Part shown: positions 38,601 to 51,320 of the stretch, piece after piece
How the letters are laid out: every line of letters starts with the position of its first letter
Position numbering within the stretch: position 1 is the stretch's first letter
Source: Ylistrum balloti
Lineage: Eukaryota
DNA length: 64,000 bases
Direction of reading: 5' to 3'
Assembly (NCBI RefSeq): GCF_031769215.1
Contig: NW_026782002.1
Location: 62,001 to 126,000 of the forward strand
Translations under genes and position numbers: made by a program
Notes under the pieces: generated by a model
What the model saw: only the letters and a program-made list of their open reading frames with translations
What the model was told of the DNA's origin: nothing
Databases searched by the model: none

Positions 38601-41600
38601 TTTGTTATCCTAGTTTATATGCAAGCGAAGTTATGTTCCAGAAATAGGGGCAGTAACTCTGTAATTGAGGGGTTGAGGGTCTGAATTTGGTTCACTACAC
38701 ATCCCCTAAGTAAGGCCATGTCCAGGCAGTGAATACCAGTATATGCTCCCCAAAAAATTTGCATTGTACATCATACAGATAGTAATCTTCTTTATGCAAT
38801 CTTATACAGTCAATATCTGATGGATGTTTTGATATTGGCCTCATGCCACCTTGTTTTAAAGTAATCTCCCTTTAATATTAGTCCACCTTAGCTATAAATT
38901 CACTAAAGTTTTCAGTGATCCTGAGGGATCTTGGCACCCACCATCATTTAATCTTTATTTGCTCTTTGAAAGTTGGATCTTCTCTTTTCCTGTGTTTTGC
39001 TTTTATTTGTGTGAAATATAAAAATAACTACAATAAACTCTACAGCCAAATCCAAGATGGCTGCCTGTCAACCATTGTTTTTCTGATCATTCTCAAAATC
39101 AGAAGGGCACAAGGGACCTAGATAAGAAATAGCAATAACAAACATGTTGAAATACAAGATGACAGCCCGTCTATCAATTTATCTGTTCTGTACTAACATA
39201 AAAATAATGCTAAGGACTAAGGACCATATGAAATTTTACATAGATCTGTTCTGCACTCAAGAAATAGCAATATCAATTGTTGAATATCCAATATGGCCAC
39301 CTGATCAGTTCCAAAAACAAAAGATTACATCTAAGGATGTAATGGCACCTAAACATAAAAATTTGATCATGATTTGATTAGTAATTCAAGATGTAAAGAA
39401 CAGATGGATGGAAGGATGCTAGACCAGATGTACGAGGATTAGAAGGGGAGTCATGAATATAGAAAGCTGCACATAGCCTTTGTGTATAATTGACACACAT
39501 TAAGTTCAGATCCTTGCTTAACTATATGCTCCCGCAAGACAAAATTTCTTACTTTGTGAAAAACCCTCTGGACTAGGCCTTTCAAACCAGAAACGATCGC
39601 CCAACTTGAGCTTCTTAAACTGTTTTGCCAGCATTGCTGAGAAAGTAGGTCCAAGAAGGCCATCGGAGGTCTTTTTCTCCGACATAGCACCAGCATACAA
39701 ATCAATGTCATTGACATGGCTGTAAACAGGAAAGAGAATGAATTGGATTTGGAAACGCCATCAAAAAAACTTATTTAGTTATTTACAGAAATTTCGACAG
39801 ACATATGAACCAACACCAGTTATATTTCTATAATTCCCCTGCAAGGAATCAAACCATGGACCTTCTTTGTTAAATACAAGCCTTATCCATGTTTGTTGGG
39901 GTTTATCGCCCCCTGAACAGCCAAGACCATTTTCAGGCGTGGTCCTTTTGTAGTACTTTGTTACTACCTCACTGAACAACATGAGAGACTCATCTCATGG
40001 CGTTCAATGCAATAAGGGTAGTCAACACATACTGGTCTGTTTCTCAGCTTCCCGAAAAGCACAAATGTCCAAAAGTAGAGAACACCAAACTATGCTCCCA
40101 AGATCTTCACCTTAAGTTACATATCTCAATGCTCTAAACCGAATTAGCTGTCACAGCCCTCCTTACTACTCAGTCATGCTAAAGGTATATGAAAAGCATT
40201 TACCAGTGGACGACCATTTCATTGTCACTGGTATAACAGTGGATTTATGATGGCAGTATATTCCTTTAAAATAAGAGAAACCATTAAAGTCCTTACCTGT
40301 AGACATCTTTTAAGGCACCTCGTGCACCATTATTGTGATCTGGCATGTTGTTAAAGTTATTAAGCCTATTTAATCCAAATTTTTTCCTGTACGCATTGTA
40401 AGGAGGAATTCCATGGTCACGTCCCCTCTGAATATTTAGTGCTGCCAAGTCAAAACTTCTGCCATCATTGTCAAGGAAAAGCATGTCACGTACACCAGGC
40501 TCAAATATCCTGTCAAACAAAGTAAAAAGACATGAAGGTTAAGCTAATCATAAGACAAATGTCATTTTCAATTTGTTTTGGTTTTTTGATATAAAGGAAA
40601 AACTTAAGTATTAAGAGATTAACATAAAGGTCATTTCTGTCTGTTCATACAGATTTGATGAATACATCCATGAATTGTAATTAGTATAAACCACTTTATT
40701 ATCAATATTGCAATTGAAAACTCTACCTGTCGGTCCTCATGGAATTGTTGTGACATAACCATCGTGCCAGTTTTGGGACATCCTGTCCTTCATTTCCTAT
40801 CACCATGGATGGCCTAAAGAATGTTTCCTGGATAGGTTTTTTCACTTCCCAGGTCGCATAATCATGGAGAAGGTAGCCCTCTAGTGGGGGGACCATTGAG
40901 TGTCCAAACCGCATTGCAGCCACTGCGAAGCCATTGCGAATGTTGGGATCGACCTTGGGTTTGTATTCGTCATTATTTGACGACTCAAGTTTATACTTTG
41001 ACAAATCGGAAGGACTGAGGATGGACGGTAACCATTCATAGTAAGTTATCTGTTGTAGGATTCCAGAGATAATTTTCCTTGTCTCCTGAAATGTCCTCTC
41101 ATCATCCCAGTTCGCATTCATGGATGAGAGGACTGTTGCAATCCGATTATGCTCCCGGAAAAAGAGAACATGATTCGCACCAAGATGGGGTACCACATTA
41201 GCTCGTACATCTCCTGTTACAGAAAGTTAATATTAGTAATTTATATCATTTTTATTATCAGGATATCAAATATTTCTTCCAATATACTGGTGAGTTCAGC
41301 CATATGAATTTAATCGTTGTCATCCATAAATGGCTAATTAAGTTGCATCAGTGTTAATATTGATCACATCTGTGTAAAAGACCCACCCAATGAAGAGATA
41401 AGTGACTGACAGGCTGTGGCCTTAATATGGAGGTCCAAGTACTATGAATTTTATTACATTGAGACCTCAAACTATTGACCTTTAAAGACAGGTTTTTGAT
41501 ATACAGGTGTCCTTTATAACCAGGTTTGACAATGTACTCACAATGCAGAAAAGTCATTTCTTACCATACATTGGCAAAAAACACTTTGGTAGCATGGATG

Positions 41601-44600
41601 ATAACCTCATGAAAGAGAGTGCGATAACCTTCAGACTATTTGGAATGATTGGTGGGTGGGCAAAGTGATTTGGCTTTTCATAAGTTTTGAAAGTAATTGA
41701 AATATTATACACAAAATTAAATATCTATCAAGAATTTTAGAGTAGAATAATATACATGTATAAACATAGCTGTAGGTACCGACTTTCTGAACCAATCAGA
41801 AGCGTGCTAACAAACCACTGATTATATTACATACCAGTTTTGATGCAGAACTCCTCTGTAGAATTTACAAGACAGGTGTGTGGGTCACCAGCTGGAGGAA
41901 GACTTGCTGTATTAGTGGATGTCTTCAGCAGCCCTGTAGTAAAATGTATACACTTCACAGAGTTAATTGCTATTTGATATAAAAAGGTCTGAAACTAATA
42001 TTGAGACACTTTATCTGTAAAGATTTCCTGTCGTGGCACCGAGTACATAAAATGTCTTGAAATTTTATTTATTTATCTGATAATAGTACATAAAAAATGA
42101 ATGTTCAGTTGGATAATTTTTTACATATTCCAAAAAATTCTCTAGATCTTATACCTCTAAACCTATTACATTAAAATCTCATTTGACCTATATCTTAAAT
42201 TCAAGATTTTAAATTCATGCTTCATGTAAGTTTTGCATTATGACGTATCAATATCTGGAGTTGAGAGGGCCTTTTGAATTTCTTCCTACCTGCAAATTTC
42301 TTCCCAGATTTTACAACTAAAATAATTAATCATTGGGTTTCAATAGATGCTCTGTTGCCAGAGAACATAGATAAGCATTTACAAAAATATATTTTAAGAC
42401 TTTTAACAGCTTTCTGTCTATATATAGATATACATGCATGAGGTCAGGAAAATCAGTCATCTAAAAGCATTACACTAGAACAGAAAAAGAGGCAAATTAA
42501 GATGCAATGGATATTAATGCATGGTCAGAAGTGAAGATCTTAAGTTTGAAAAATATATTATGTTACTTAAATCAATCATGTTTGTGCAATACCTCTGATA
42601 CTGTAAACTAAACTGAATTATGGTATGTATATTAAATTGGGCTTAAATTCAATTTTTCATGTTAAAATGATAAAGATAATTTTTACCAATGTCCATTTTG
42701 TTCCAGAATTTAACTCTGACAATTTTCAAATTCTTGGAAATGAGACTCATCGAGGTAACCCAGTCAAAAACCGGAGACATTGAGAAATATTGTTAATTTT
42801 GCTGATCATTTTACCATTGTTGAAAGATCTCAGACCATTCATCTGGTTAATGGACGAACCATACACATTGGATCCATCAATAAAAGCTGTGATAGCATTG
42901 AACTGTTCACGGTGGTCTGAAAGTACAACAGATTTGTTACAAATTGATCAAATTTAAATTAAATAAATCCTGTAAACAACCTAATAATTATGTTAGAGTT
43001 ATCTCCCATATAACTATTTTGCACCTAAACATTTCACTGAAAATGTCCAATGAACAACAATTTACATTTCTTTTAGAATAAAATTTTAAAATGGAGGTAG
43101 GGCCACTATGTTGTTATATAGTCCTAAAGTCATATTTTTTATTTACTTACTTGGTGAACATGTATCCGTGATGGCCGCTGACCGTACAAATTCCATACAG
43201 TCTGTGTTGGTGAAATGGGCATCATTGGATGGGATGGTGATTGGGAAACACTCTGGTCTGAAAAAAGAATCATGTTTGTAGGTCAGATAATTACTGTTTA
43301 TTACATCATGATCAATGGATCTTAAAACACTTTTACAATATAAACTTTGTCCTCCAATAGTTCACATGTTAAACATTTAAAGTGTTTAAGTTATTTTTCA
43401 CCCTTACAATTGTTCAGAGCAAGACAGAAGTAGGCTAAGGTTATAAAGGACAAGACCATTAAGAGAACTGCATACTTCAGATGCAGGACAGAGTCAAGGT
43501 CATTCAAGGATACAACTTCAGAGGTTGAACAGCACTAAGTCCTTTAAAAGGGCTGATTACCTCAAAGCCAGAAAAGGGCCAAGGTCATTCAAGAGCATGT
43601 TTACTTAAGAGCAAGGACAGGGTCAAGGTCATTCAGGAGGATGCTAACTTCAGAGGTAATGCATGTTTTAATACCGACATAGGTATTGAATATATATCTT
43701 ACTTACAGTTCGGAGGTGGAATTGCAACAATCCGTCACTGCTCCTTCAGATCCTAAAATCAAAAGTGTTATTCAGAATCAGGACCTGCGTTTTCTTTCGT
43801 GGATAAATATGTAGGATCAAATTTTGAAAAAATCCCACAGTTTTCTCGATTAACAAAGTACTGTACTGGTAGACTACAATTTGTTGCGGAGAATAGATGA
43901 TGAATCGGGATATTGATCAGCATTGCAATAGTGTTTCAAGTTAATAGTTTTTGCATTACCCGAGCTTGCTGGCGTGAGTGTGATATCATGGTCCAAAAAT
44001 TGTCCCCAAGCCATTACCATGAGTGAAACCTCAGATTCTATCTTCTCCTTTTCAGATTTGAAAACCTTGTTGCTGATTTCCCGAGGACTTGGCAGTAGTT
44101 GACCATTTTTACCCAAAGTCCTGGGAGAACCAACACCTGAAAATGTCAAAATTTCAAGAATTCACGTTTTTTGTTTAATTTTCATCCCTGAAAGCAGTCT
44201 TCAGAATTTTGAAGACTTTGAAACTCTATACTGTAAAGACTTTTTTCTGTGCTTCTAATTTTGACGGTACATTGTACCACTAAAAGCTTGAAGCAAGAAC
44301 AAGGCGTTTTTTACAATAGTTGTAGAATGATGGATTTCTGTATCGGTTTTATCTTGTTTTTTTTTGTTTTTTTGTTTTTGTTTGTTTTGTATCTATTTTA
44401 ACGGTCTAAAAAAGGGGAAATAACATGAGAACTTACCATCACCATATTCTGGAGGTAAAAATCTAGACTGTGCCGAACCAGCTGATCCATACCCAGGATG
44501 GACTAAATTGTTACATAACCCATTAGCAGACCGGAAAGTATTACTCGCATCAGAACAATTGATTTGATTGGTGGGGCATGCTGTCGTCTGCTTCTTCCAT

Positions 44601-45849
44601 TCTGACATTATTTCCTTGGAGTCCTGTATTTCACGCAATGACAAACCAGTCCTGTTATTAAAAACGAGAGGAAAAAAAAGTTCACATTTTAACACAGTTA
44701 CACGATTCAATTTCAATAACTCACATTCTCGAGAGCAGTTGATTTCCTTCAAACCGTCTTGAATTATATTGCAAAGTTTATTGATGTACAAATTCGCAAA
44801 TGAAAGAAACGAGACAAACTATATAGATTGAAATCTCGATACTTGGTATCAAAATAATTTTGGTACGTTATTTGAAAATTATTCTGAAGCTTCTAGAAAC
44901 CAAACAAAATATTTAAACAGTTCAGGTAATTGTAGATAGTACCGCTACCTTTCTAACAAACAAAACGTCCCCTACTTACAATTCCATAAGATTCTTTGTG
45001 GCATGCAGCGATTTGACCGCTGCCTCCTCTTTGGTTCTAAGCTCTGGAGATATCCATTTCATCTGCTGCATCATCCGTCCACTTTTTGTACTTCCTACGT
45101 GTTAGATAATTGTAAATCATTATCAAGTCAGTTTAATTACATTGTTCGTCGGCTCTACAGCTATGTGAAAGACGGTGCCATTTTGAGGACGAGTCTCGTT
45201 GACGTAGCTGGTTGCTGAACATGCAACTGCTCCGTCGCATGCCAACTTTAGTCTTTTCAGAGTACCTTACGACGACCACTGCAGCACAGACAGATCTCAA
45301 CTTCCCGAGAAACAAACTACAAACCCCTTTGAAACAAACCAACATAGATAGTGAGCTTCAAACCACGCACCTCCGATTGTTCTAACCGACTTAGCTATAG
45401 CTGCCCACAATTAAATTGTCATGACAACCAGAACGTGGTTTAAGCTCTCCCACAAGTTTGTTTCTGACGAAGAAACTGACCGATCTGGGTTAATGGTAAA
45501 TTAATATAAATATAGTCTATTGCAATTGCTCTGCAGGGCATATAAGCTTACCCTGGATGTTCACAGTGCGAACAAGCATCAAAACGACGCTCCTTTCTTT
45601 TTAAATTTAATCATTGGGGTCAATTAATCCGATACGGATTTAAAAATATGAAAGACAAAAATCCAACTTACTCATTTGACGTTTTCTCAACTCCTGATTC
45701 TCCAGATGGCTTTTATGCGCTTCATCATTGACGAACCGTACAAGTTCTTCAATGGCCTGTTCTAGATCTATGACCTCTTTCCTTCTGGTGGAATGCGAGT
45801 ATGTTAGGGAGCAGACTAGTGCCACCAAGATAATTTCCCTCAAAAACAT
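35681..45849 (-). CDS. Secreted heme peroxidase, peroxidase-cyclooxygenase superfamily (chorion peroxidase/peroxinectin-like), 700 aa, 14 coding exons
   Basis: Exons (high-low): 45849-45672, 45094-44980, 44757-44725, 44651-44437, 44136-43960, 43752-43707, 43257-43151, 42916-42815, 41933-41835, 41213-40727, 40509-40297, 39719-39553, 37908-37806, 35741-35681; total 2103 nt, all phases close. Signal peptide MFLREIILVALVCSLTYS; FRSANGLCNN; WGQFLDHDIT (distal His); AITAFIDGSNVYG (Ca-binding loop); GDVRAN (distal Arg); LFFREHNRIA; AMRFGHSM (proximal His); DLAALNIQRGRDHG; DIDLYAG; GDRFWFE. No Ig/LRR domains. Exons 2-3 are supported mainly by splice phase and are less certain. Confidence 0.93.
36278..37788. 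repeat. C-rich (G-rich on - strand) ~45-bp minisatellite, roughly 30-35 units, with a 110-bp higher-order unit at its left end
   Basis: Unit atcaatcaccaccaatcctcccctctgtccagtttgatagacccc. The block tcaccaccaatcctccccta recurs at 36281, 36391 and 36501 (period 110). It occupies most of peroxidase intron 35742-37805. Confidence 0.95.
39040..39460. mobile_element. Relic of the same interspersed repeat family, with internal repeated caagatggc modules
   Basis: caagatggctgcc at 39053, caagatgacagcc, caatatggccacc and a gatggatggaaggatg tail. Confidence 0.4.
43440..43660. repeat. Degenerate tandem repeat (gcaaggacagggtcaaggtcattca...acttcagaggt) in a peroxidase intron
   Basis: caaggtcattca occurs three times and acttcagag two to three times. 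Confidence 0.6.
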
Positions 45850-46329
45850 GACTAAAAATTAAGACAAACCCCGAAAAAAGATTAAAATCACACCCACAAT
45901 TTATTTCATAAGTTAAGATTTATTTTTTAAAAATCATAGTAGTGGGACACCTGTAAAGAGAATGAAGACCACGGATTATAATTGGTGGTTGTACAATGAT
46001 ACAATGTACATCTGTACCATCTGTACCATCTGTACCAAAGACAAGTGAATAACACCTTTGAATGCAAATGTTTACTTCGATACAGTAGAGCTAAATGTCC
46101 TCTAGAGCTATCAGAGATGTTAAGGGTCTCACCTGGAATAAGTCCCATGATAAAACTTTGAAACAACCACGACTATCTTGGATTCGATGTTCATTTAGAA
46201 TACTTTCAAATCGTACAATGTCGCCCACCAAAGCTTGATCTTTATTTGTTCTTAAAATAGATGGATGCTTTCCCTTCTCATCTTCCTGTTTTTGCCCTTG
46301 ATTATGAAGTTTGAAAATACTTCTAAGAA

Positions 46330-46560
46330 ATAGCGATATTTTTTTAAACTTTCAAATTCAAGATGGTTGCGGTCGGCCATCTTTTTGAACAGTCCCAAAA
46401 TCAAATGAGCACAACTAGGGATTACAGGAAACCTACATACGAAATCTGAGCATGATCAATCCAGAATTTCTGACGATAAAACGATAAAATGAATTGTTAA
46501 CCGGCGGTTCAATGGACGGACGAAGGACGAATTGAAAAGCCCGCCATCTAATGATAGAAC
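46330..46560. mobile_element. Relic of the same interspersed repeat family, in peroxidase 5' intron
   Basis: AAGATGG-N10-CCATCTT hairpin at 46360-46383, and ggacggacgaaggacg microsatellite-like tail. Confidence 0.45.
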
Positions 46561-47149
46561 TAAAAACGTGATTGGGTCAAAATTTGCATATGCGACGCGT
46601 TTTTGTCACGAGATAAGCGTGAATGCTTGTCATACATGCATATCTCGCGGGAAGGGGAACTGGTAACTGGAGTATATGTTGGTTTTGTGACAGGGGTGCT
46701 ACCAGGGAATAAGCTTTTCTTTTTGTGGCACCGTCGTCACATATATCTGACGCCATAACAAACTTAAAACAACGAAAATTCTTAAAAAGTGTCGAAAATA
46801 ATTTCTTTATTCTTTGGCGTCTTGTTCAAAAGTCACAACATAATACATTGTACAAATTACAATACAAGTAAAATATAGACATTATCCAAATGTGGCAAAT
46901 TGGAGACTGGTTATGTAGTTGAGCTAAAGGAGATGGATACTAAGATTTCCGGAAAATACATTTATAAATACAAAGCAGGAAACTGGCCAAAATATCCGGG
47001 ATGAAAATTAATTATGAAGGCTCATATAAAAGGGAAAAAATAAATTTGCGAAAAACAAATGAACAAGAATACCAATTAGTTACCAGAAAGGAACCTTAGG
47101 AATTACATTTACACCTAAATATAATAAAATACATATGATAACGAAAAAT

Positions 47150-47450
47150 AAGAAATCACGTGATAAAGAAAAACTTAAAAAGCAAAATCAATTATGAAAC
47201 AAATGCTACAAACAATAGATACTTACCTTTGAAATTTCTTCTCAATATTGGTGTTCAACTTTAAAATAAAAACCAAAAGAATTGGTCAAGTCCGCGTGTT
47301 CGACTAACTTTCTCCTGATCTCGAGGCCTACTGGTCTGACTTGGCCGAGAAACTCCGACCATCTACGTAACAAATCAAGAGGCACGTGGTGTTATAGAAA
47401 GATCGTCACGTGCATCTTTCGTGAGAGGCAAATTGCACGAGATATAGCTT
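47150..47450 (-). promoter_or_regulatory. Probable peroxidase promoter and non-coding first exon, with an E-box cluster
   Basis: A minus-strand donor AAAG/GTAAGT at 47227/47226 pairs with an acceptor 2 nt before the ATG (ttttag/tcATG, exon start 45851). CACGTG occurs at 47157, 47383 and 47407, there is a TATAA-like word at ~47392-47397 (-), and the region is CpG-rich. Confidence 0.55.
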
Positions 47451-50400
47451 ACGCATCTCTGACCAGCGATAAAAATTGCAAGCCTTGCATTTCTTACTTA
47501 TTGATATCGAACATTAAGATTTACACAAGGAGTAAATCAACCAAAAATTGCTTATTTAATTTTACGATGAAAATGCTTACATAAATCATTTCTCATAAGA
47601 AAGACGTTAATTTGAGGTAATTTTTTTGCACTTTTCAATGTCGTTGCACACTGGTTGACGATGAGTAAGAAAAGAAATTTCATGAAATGTAGGAAAAGAA
47701 ATTCAATTTCAGTTAATTTATATATGACTCAATACAATACACTAAACGGATGATTCTAGATGTACTTCTTTGATATGAAAATTACTTCACTTTTTCACAT
47801 TCAAAAATTTAACCGATGCAGTTATGTAAAATCATAAGTTTTATGGGATTTATTTTCGTTTATTCCGTGGGTACTTTAGATTCAACAAAAAAGTAGTAGA
47901 TTGAAAAAAAAATCCCAGCATGCCAATATTGTCCGGAAATTTATTGTGGCTGATTTCTGCCATTTCGTTATTTCGTTTTGTCGTTTCGACAAACTGTAAC
48001 AAAATTCAAGCGTTTTTAAATTAAAAAAAAAAAAAAATGGCACGGTTTCCAAGAAAATATTTCAGCACTATCAGCTAGTTCCTATAAAAACATACGTCAT
48101 TATTGTACTGGTGAAAACTTCTTGTTCTTTTTAATAAATTTAACAAAGAAATTGTGTCGCGACACATAGAGGCAGACCCGATATCTCGAACTTTCTTGAA
48201 ATTGAGACCAGATGATGCTAGTAATATTTTTATAGTGAAAAATTGAGTTTTATTTCATTTTTGATATTTTAGGCTTTTGGGCATTGTAAATAATTATTCG
48301 GGGTTGGTGATGGAATTTATTTGATAATGTTTCTGTCCCTGTGTTTATTACCTTTTATCATTTTTTTTTAAAAGAAAAATAATTTTGAAATATATATATA
48401 ATCAAAACATTAACATGTGAAATAAAATCGTATGAAATCGCCGCTAACTTTTTCCGGCCTTGTGGCCATCTTCAGGCGTTTGGATTACGTTACATAGTAA
48501 CCTTTATTGTGCCGTAATCTTACTGCTTCAATATAAGCGGAGTTACTAACGTTAATAGTCCCAGCACAATCGTTAATGTGCGCTGAGGGAATGATTGAAC
48601 AGTTTAACAAAAAAGTCTTCTTTGCTGATTCGCATAAATAAACATCACAAACAAATTGACATTTGATATTTATTATTATTTACACACAATAAATAAAAAT
48701 AAAACAATACATTTACAAACTATAAAAGATCGTTAAGTGTATACCAGGTAAATGAGTGACTTTTCAAATCAAAATGTATATAATTATCACAAATATACTT
48801 AAATGATATGGCAATCGGTACTTATATATCATACAAGCTGACTATGATTTCAAGAAAACTGAATATAATAATAGAAGTTATAACGCTTTTTTATATCGTT
48901 GTGACATAGGGAATTGAACCATTTAGTCCCTGTAAGATACCACTAAATTCTTCAAGCAACTAGTTCTTATACAACTTATTTAAAAGTAGATCAGTGTACA
49001 AAGGCTGTGAGAAAAGACAATTAACATGACAGGTAGGCATCTATTATGATGTTAGTGTAATACAAGAGAATAAACACAAAAGATAGCATGGATCAAAGTT
49101 TCAACGTTCACAATGCATAATTATTAGCTTCCAGCAATCCTGGATCGCGGTGACATTTGTCCACTCCCCAACTTGTGAAAGCATCTGGAAATTTGACATA
49201 CCTTAAAACTTTTATGAAAACAAATTTTTTTTAACCTAAAATAACCGCCCACCTAAAATTATCGGCCATGGGTGGCTTATTGACTGGGTGGCTTTTGGGT
49301 AGGTCTCAGTACAATTGTTTTATTATCCAGAGTTGGTCACACCTACATGAAATGCCAATTTACCACAGTTGTATTAAACTTGAACAAAGTCCAGTTGCAG
49401 AAATGTTTCAATTCATGAATAAATATTAGTGTACAACAAGCAAATGATACACAGTACATTTTTCATATCAAACTAACATACAACTTACAAATAAAAACAG
49501 AGCTTCTAATACAATTAATATATTTTATGAATATTATTGAGGTTTTGAAAATATTGAATCATTTGAGGAAAATTCATTTGAGTAAATGCAAGTTTTGTTA
49601 TGGATAAAAGTGCACAATATCTGTACAATAACTCATTATCCATACTATTAATAATATGTTTGGAAAGATTTTTTAAAATTCGATCAGATTTGTTAAAAAA
49701 TCTCTCATGAATCGATGAAAGAAACAACCGATATCAAATCACTGGTAAAAAGACAAAAAAACGAAAAATCTATTAAAAAAATTAAGTGGAATGTCACAAC
49801 CTTTAGATATGATTAATTAATTTTGTGAGATTCTTTGAAAATATGATTGAAAGAAAAAAAATCGAATTCAAAGCTTCATGCATTTGCAGGCATGTATATG
49901 GGACAAATGCACTTAATTGGTTGCTAATGGAAATTCTGGCACAAAATCACTTTTTGGTAAATTATTGTGATAATGAATTCAACAATAATTGCTACAACAG
50001 ACATAGATAAAGATACATTTAAGTCTGTGTTGCTACATTATACGTAAAACAGAAAACGGTAATATACACAATCCTATTTCATCAATATAATCAGTATGCA
50101 AACAGCTTGAGTAAATTCCTGCTATCATTATTTACAGTGATTCCATTTCATTTGACATTTTTTGTTTATTAAAGGCAGATATCTAAGGTCTGTTAAAAAT
50201 GATGATATAAGTTATGTGCATAGTTACGTTTTGAGCACGTTTTAGTATGGATATCACCAGACAATTGTAGACAGGTTGACATTAACTAGGTATATTTCTG
50301 TGTATGGTGATAACTATCTCATCAGTTGGCCATTCTAGCTTGAGTTGAACCTGATTGTCTCTTTGTTGTAGACAAGCCATTAAAACATCCAACTTCAGGT

Positions 50401-50639
50401 GAAGGAGTCGGAGAAAACTTTGGCAATGCATGTCCATGCCTATATTGTAGTAAGAGGTAGCAAGCCACCGGTATCTGTTACAACCAAAATCATTTCTTTT
50501 TTCCAATTTGTAGAAGGTTTTCAGTTTTTGTGGTATTTTACCCTAAATATTCTGTTTATTTACGACTGTATTTACTACCTTAGTAGATCAAGTTTCTTGT
50601 CAACTACACTGGAATCTTACTTATATTTCACTCCAATCC

Positions 50640-51320
50640 AATATTCTTACCTCAAGTCTAATACTCTATTAACCACAACTATTCTATTCTGACTTAAAGT
50701 CTAGTATTCTTACTTCAAGTCTAGTCTTTTTATCTATAGTCTAGTATTGTGATCGGATGTCTAATAAATTATAAACCACAAGTCTCCTACTCTAACCAAA
50801 AGTCTAGTACTGTCACTTCATGTCTTCTATTATGATCTAGTCTAGTATTCTGACCCCAAGTCTAGTATCTTTATCTAAATTTAATATTCTGGCCTTATAT
50901 ATAATACAATATGAACCACAAGTCTCCTATTTTGATCTAAAGTTCATCATTCTGACCTCAAGTCTAGTATTCTGACCAACCTAATACTGTATTAATCGCA
51001 AGTCTTCTATTCTGATCTAACATCTAGTATTCAGAAAAAAAACTTTTGTGATATCAACACTCTTTTAAGTTTCCTATTTTGATCTTAAATCTAAATTTCT
51101 TACCTCAAGTCTAGTATTCTGATATCAACTTTTGTAATCTAATCTCAAGTCTAGTATTTTGACCTTAATGCTTGTTTGTATTCTACTCTCAGGTCTCATA
51201 TTCTAACCCCAGCCTTGTTTTCTGACCTCAGTATGCAGACCCTAAGTTTCATATTCGGACCTCAAGTCTTGTATTCGGACCTCAAGTTTTGTATTCAAAC
51301 CTCAAGTTTTATATTCAGAC
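50640..51320. repeat. Degenerate ~21-bp tandem array (ttctgacctcaagtctagtat-like)
   Basis: Recurrent aagtctagtatt/ctgacctcaag words at ~20-22 nt spacing; heavily diverged. Confidence 0.75.

Noticed and set aside
45133-45345. 70-aa ORF as an additional peroxidase exon
   Set aside because: A phase-compatible splice creates TGA at the junction and would need a ~49-nt intron; the gene model closes without it.
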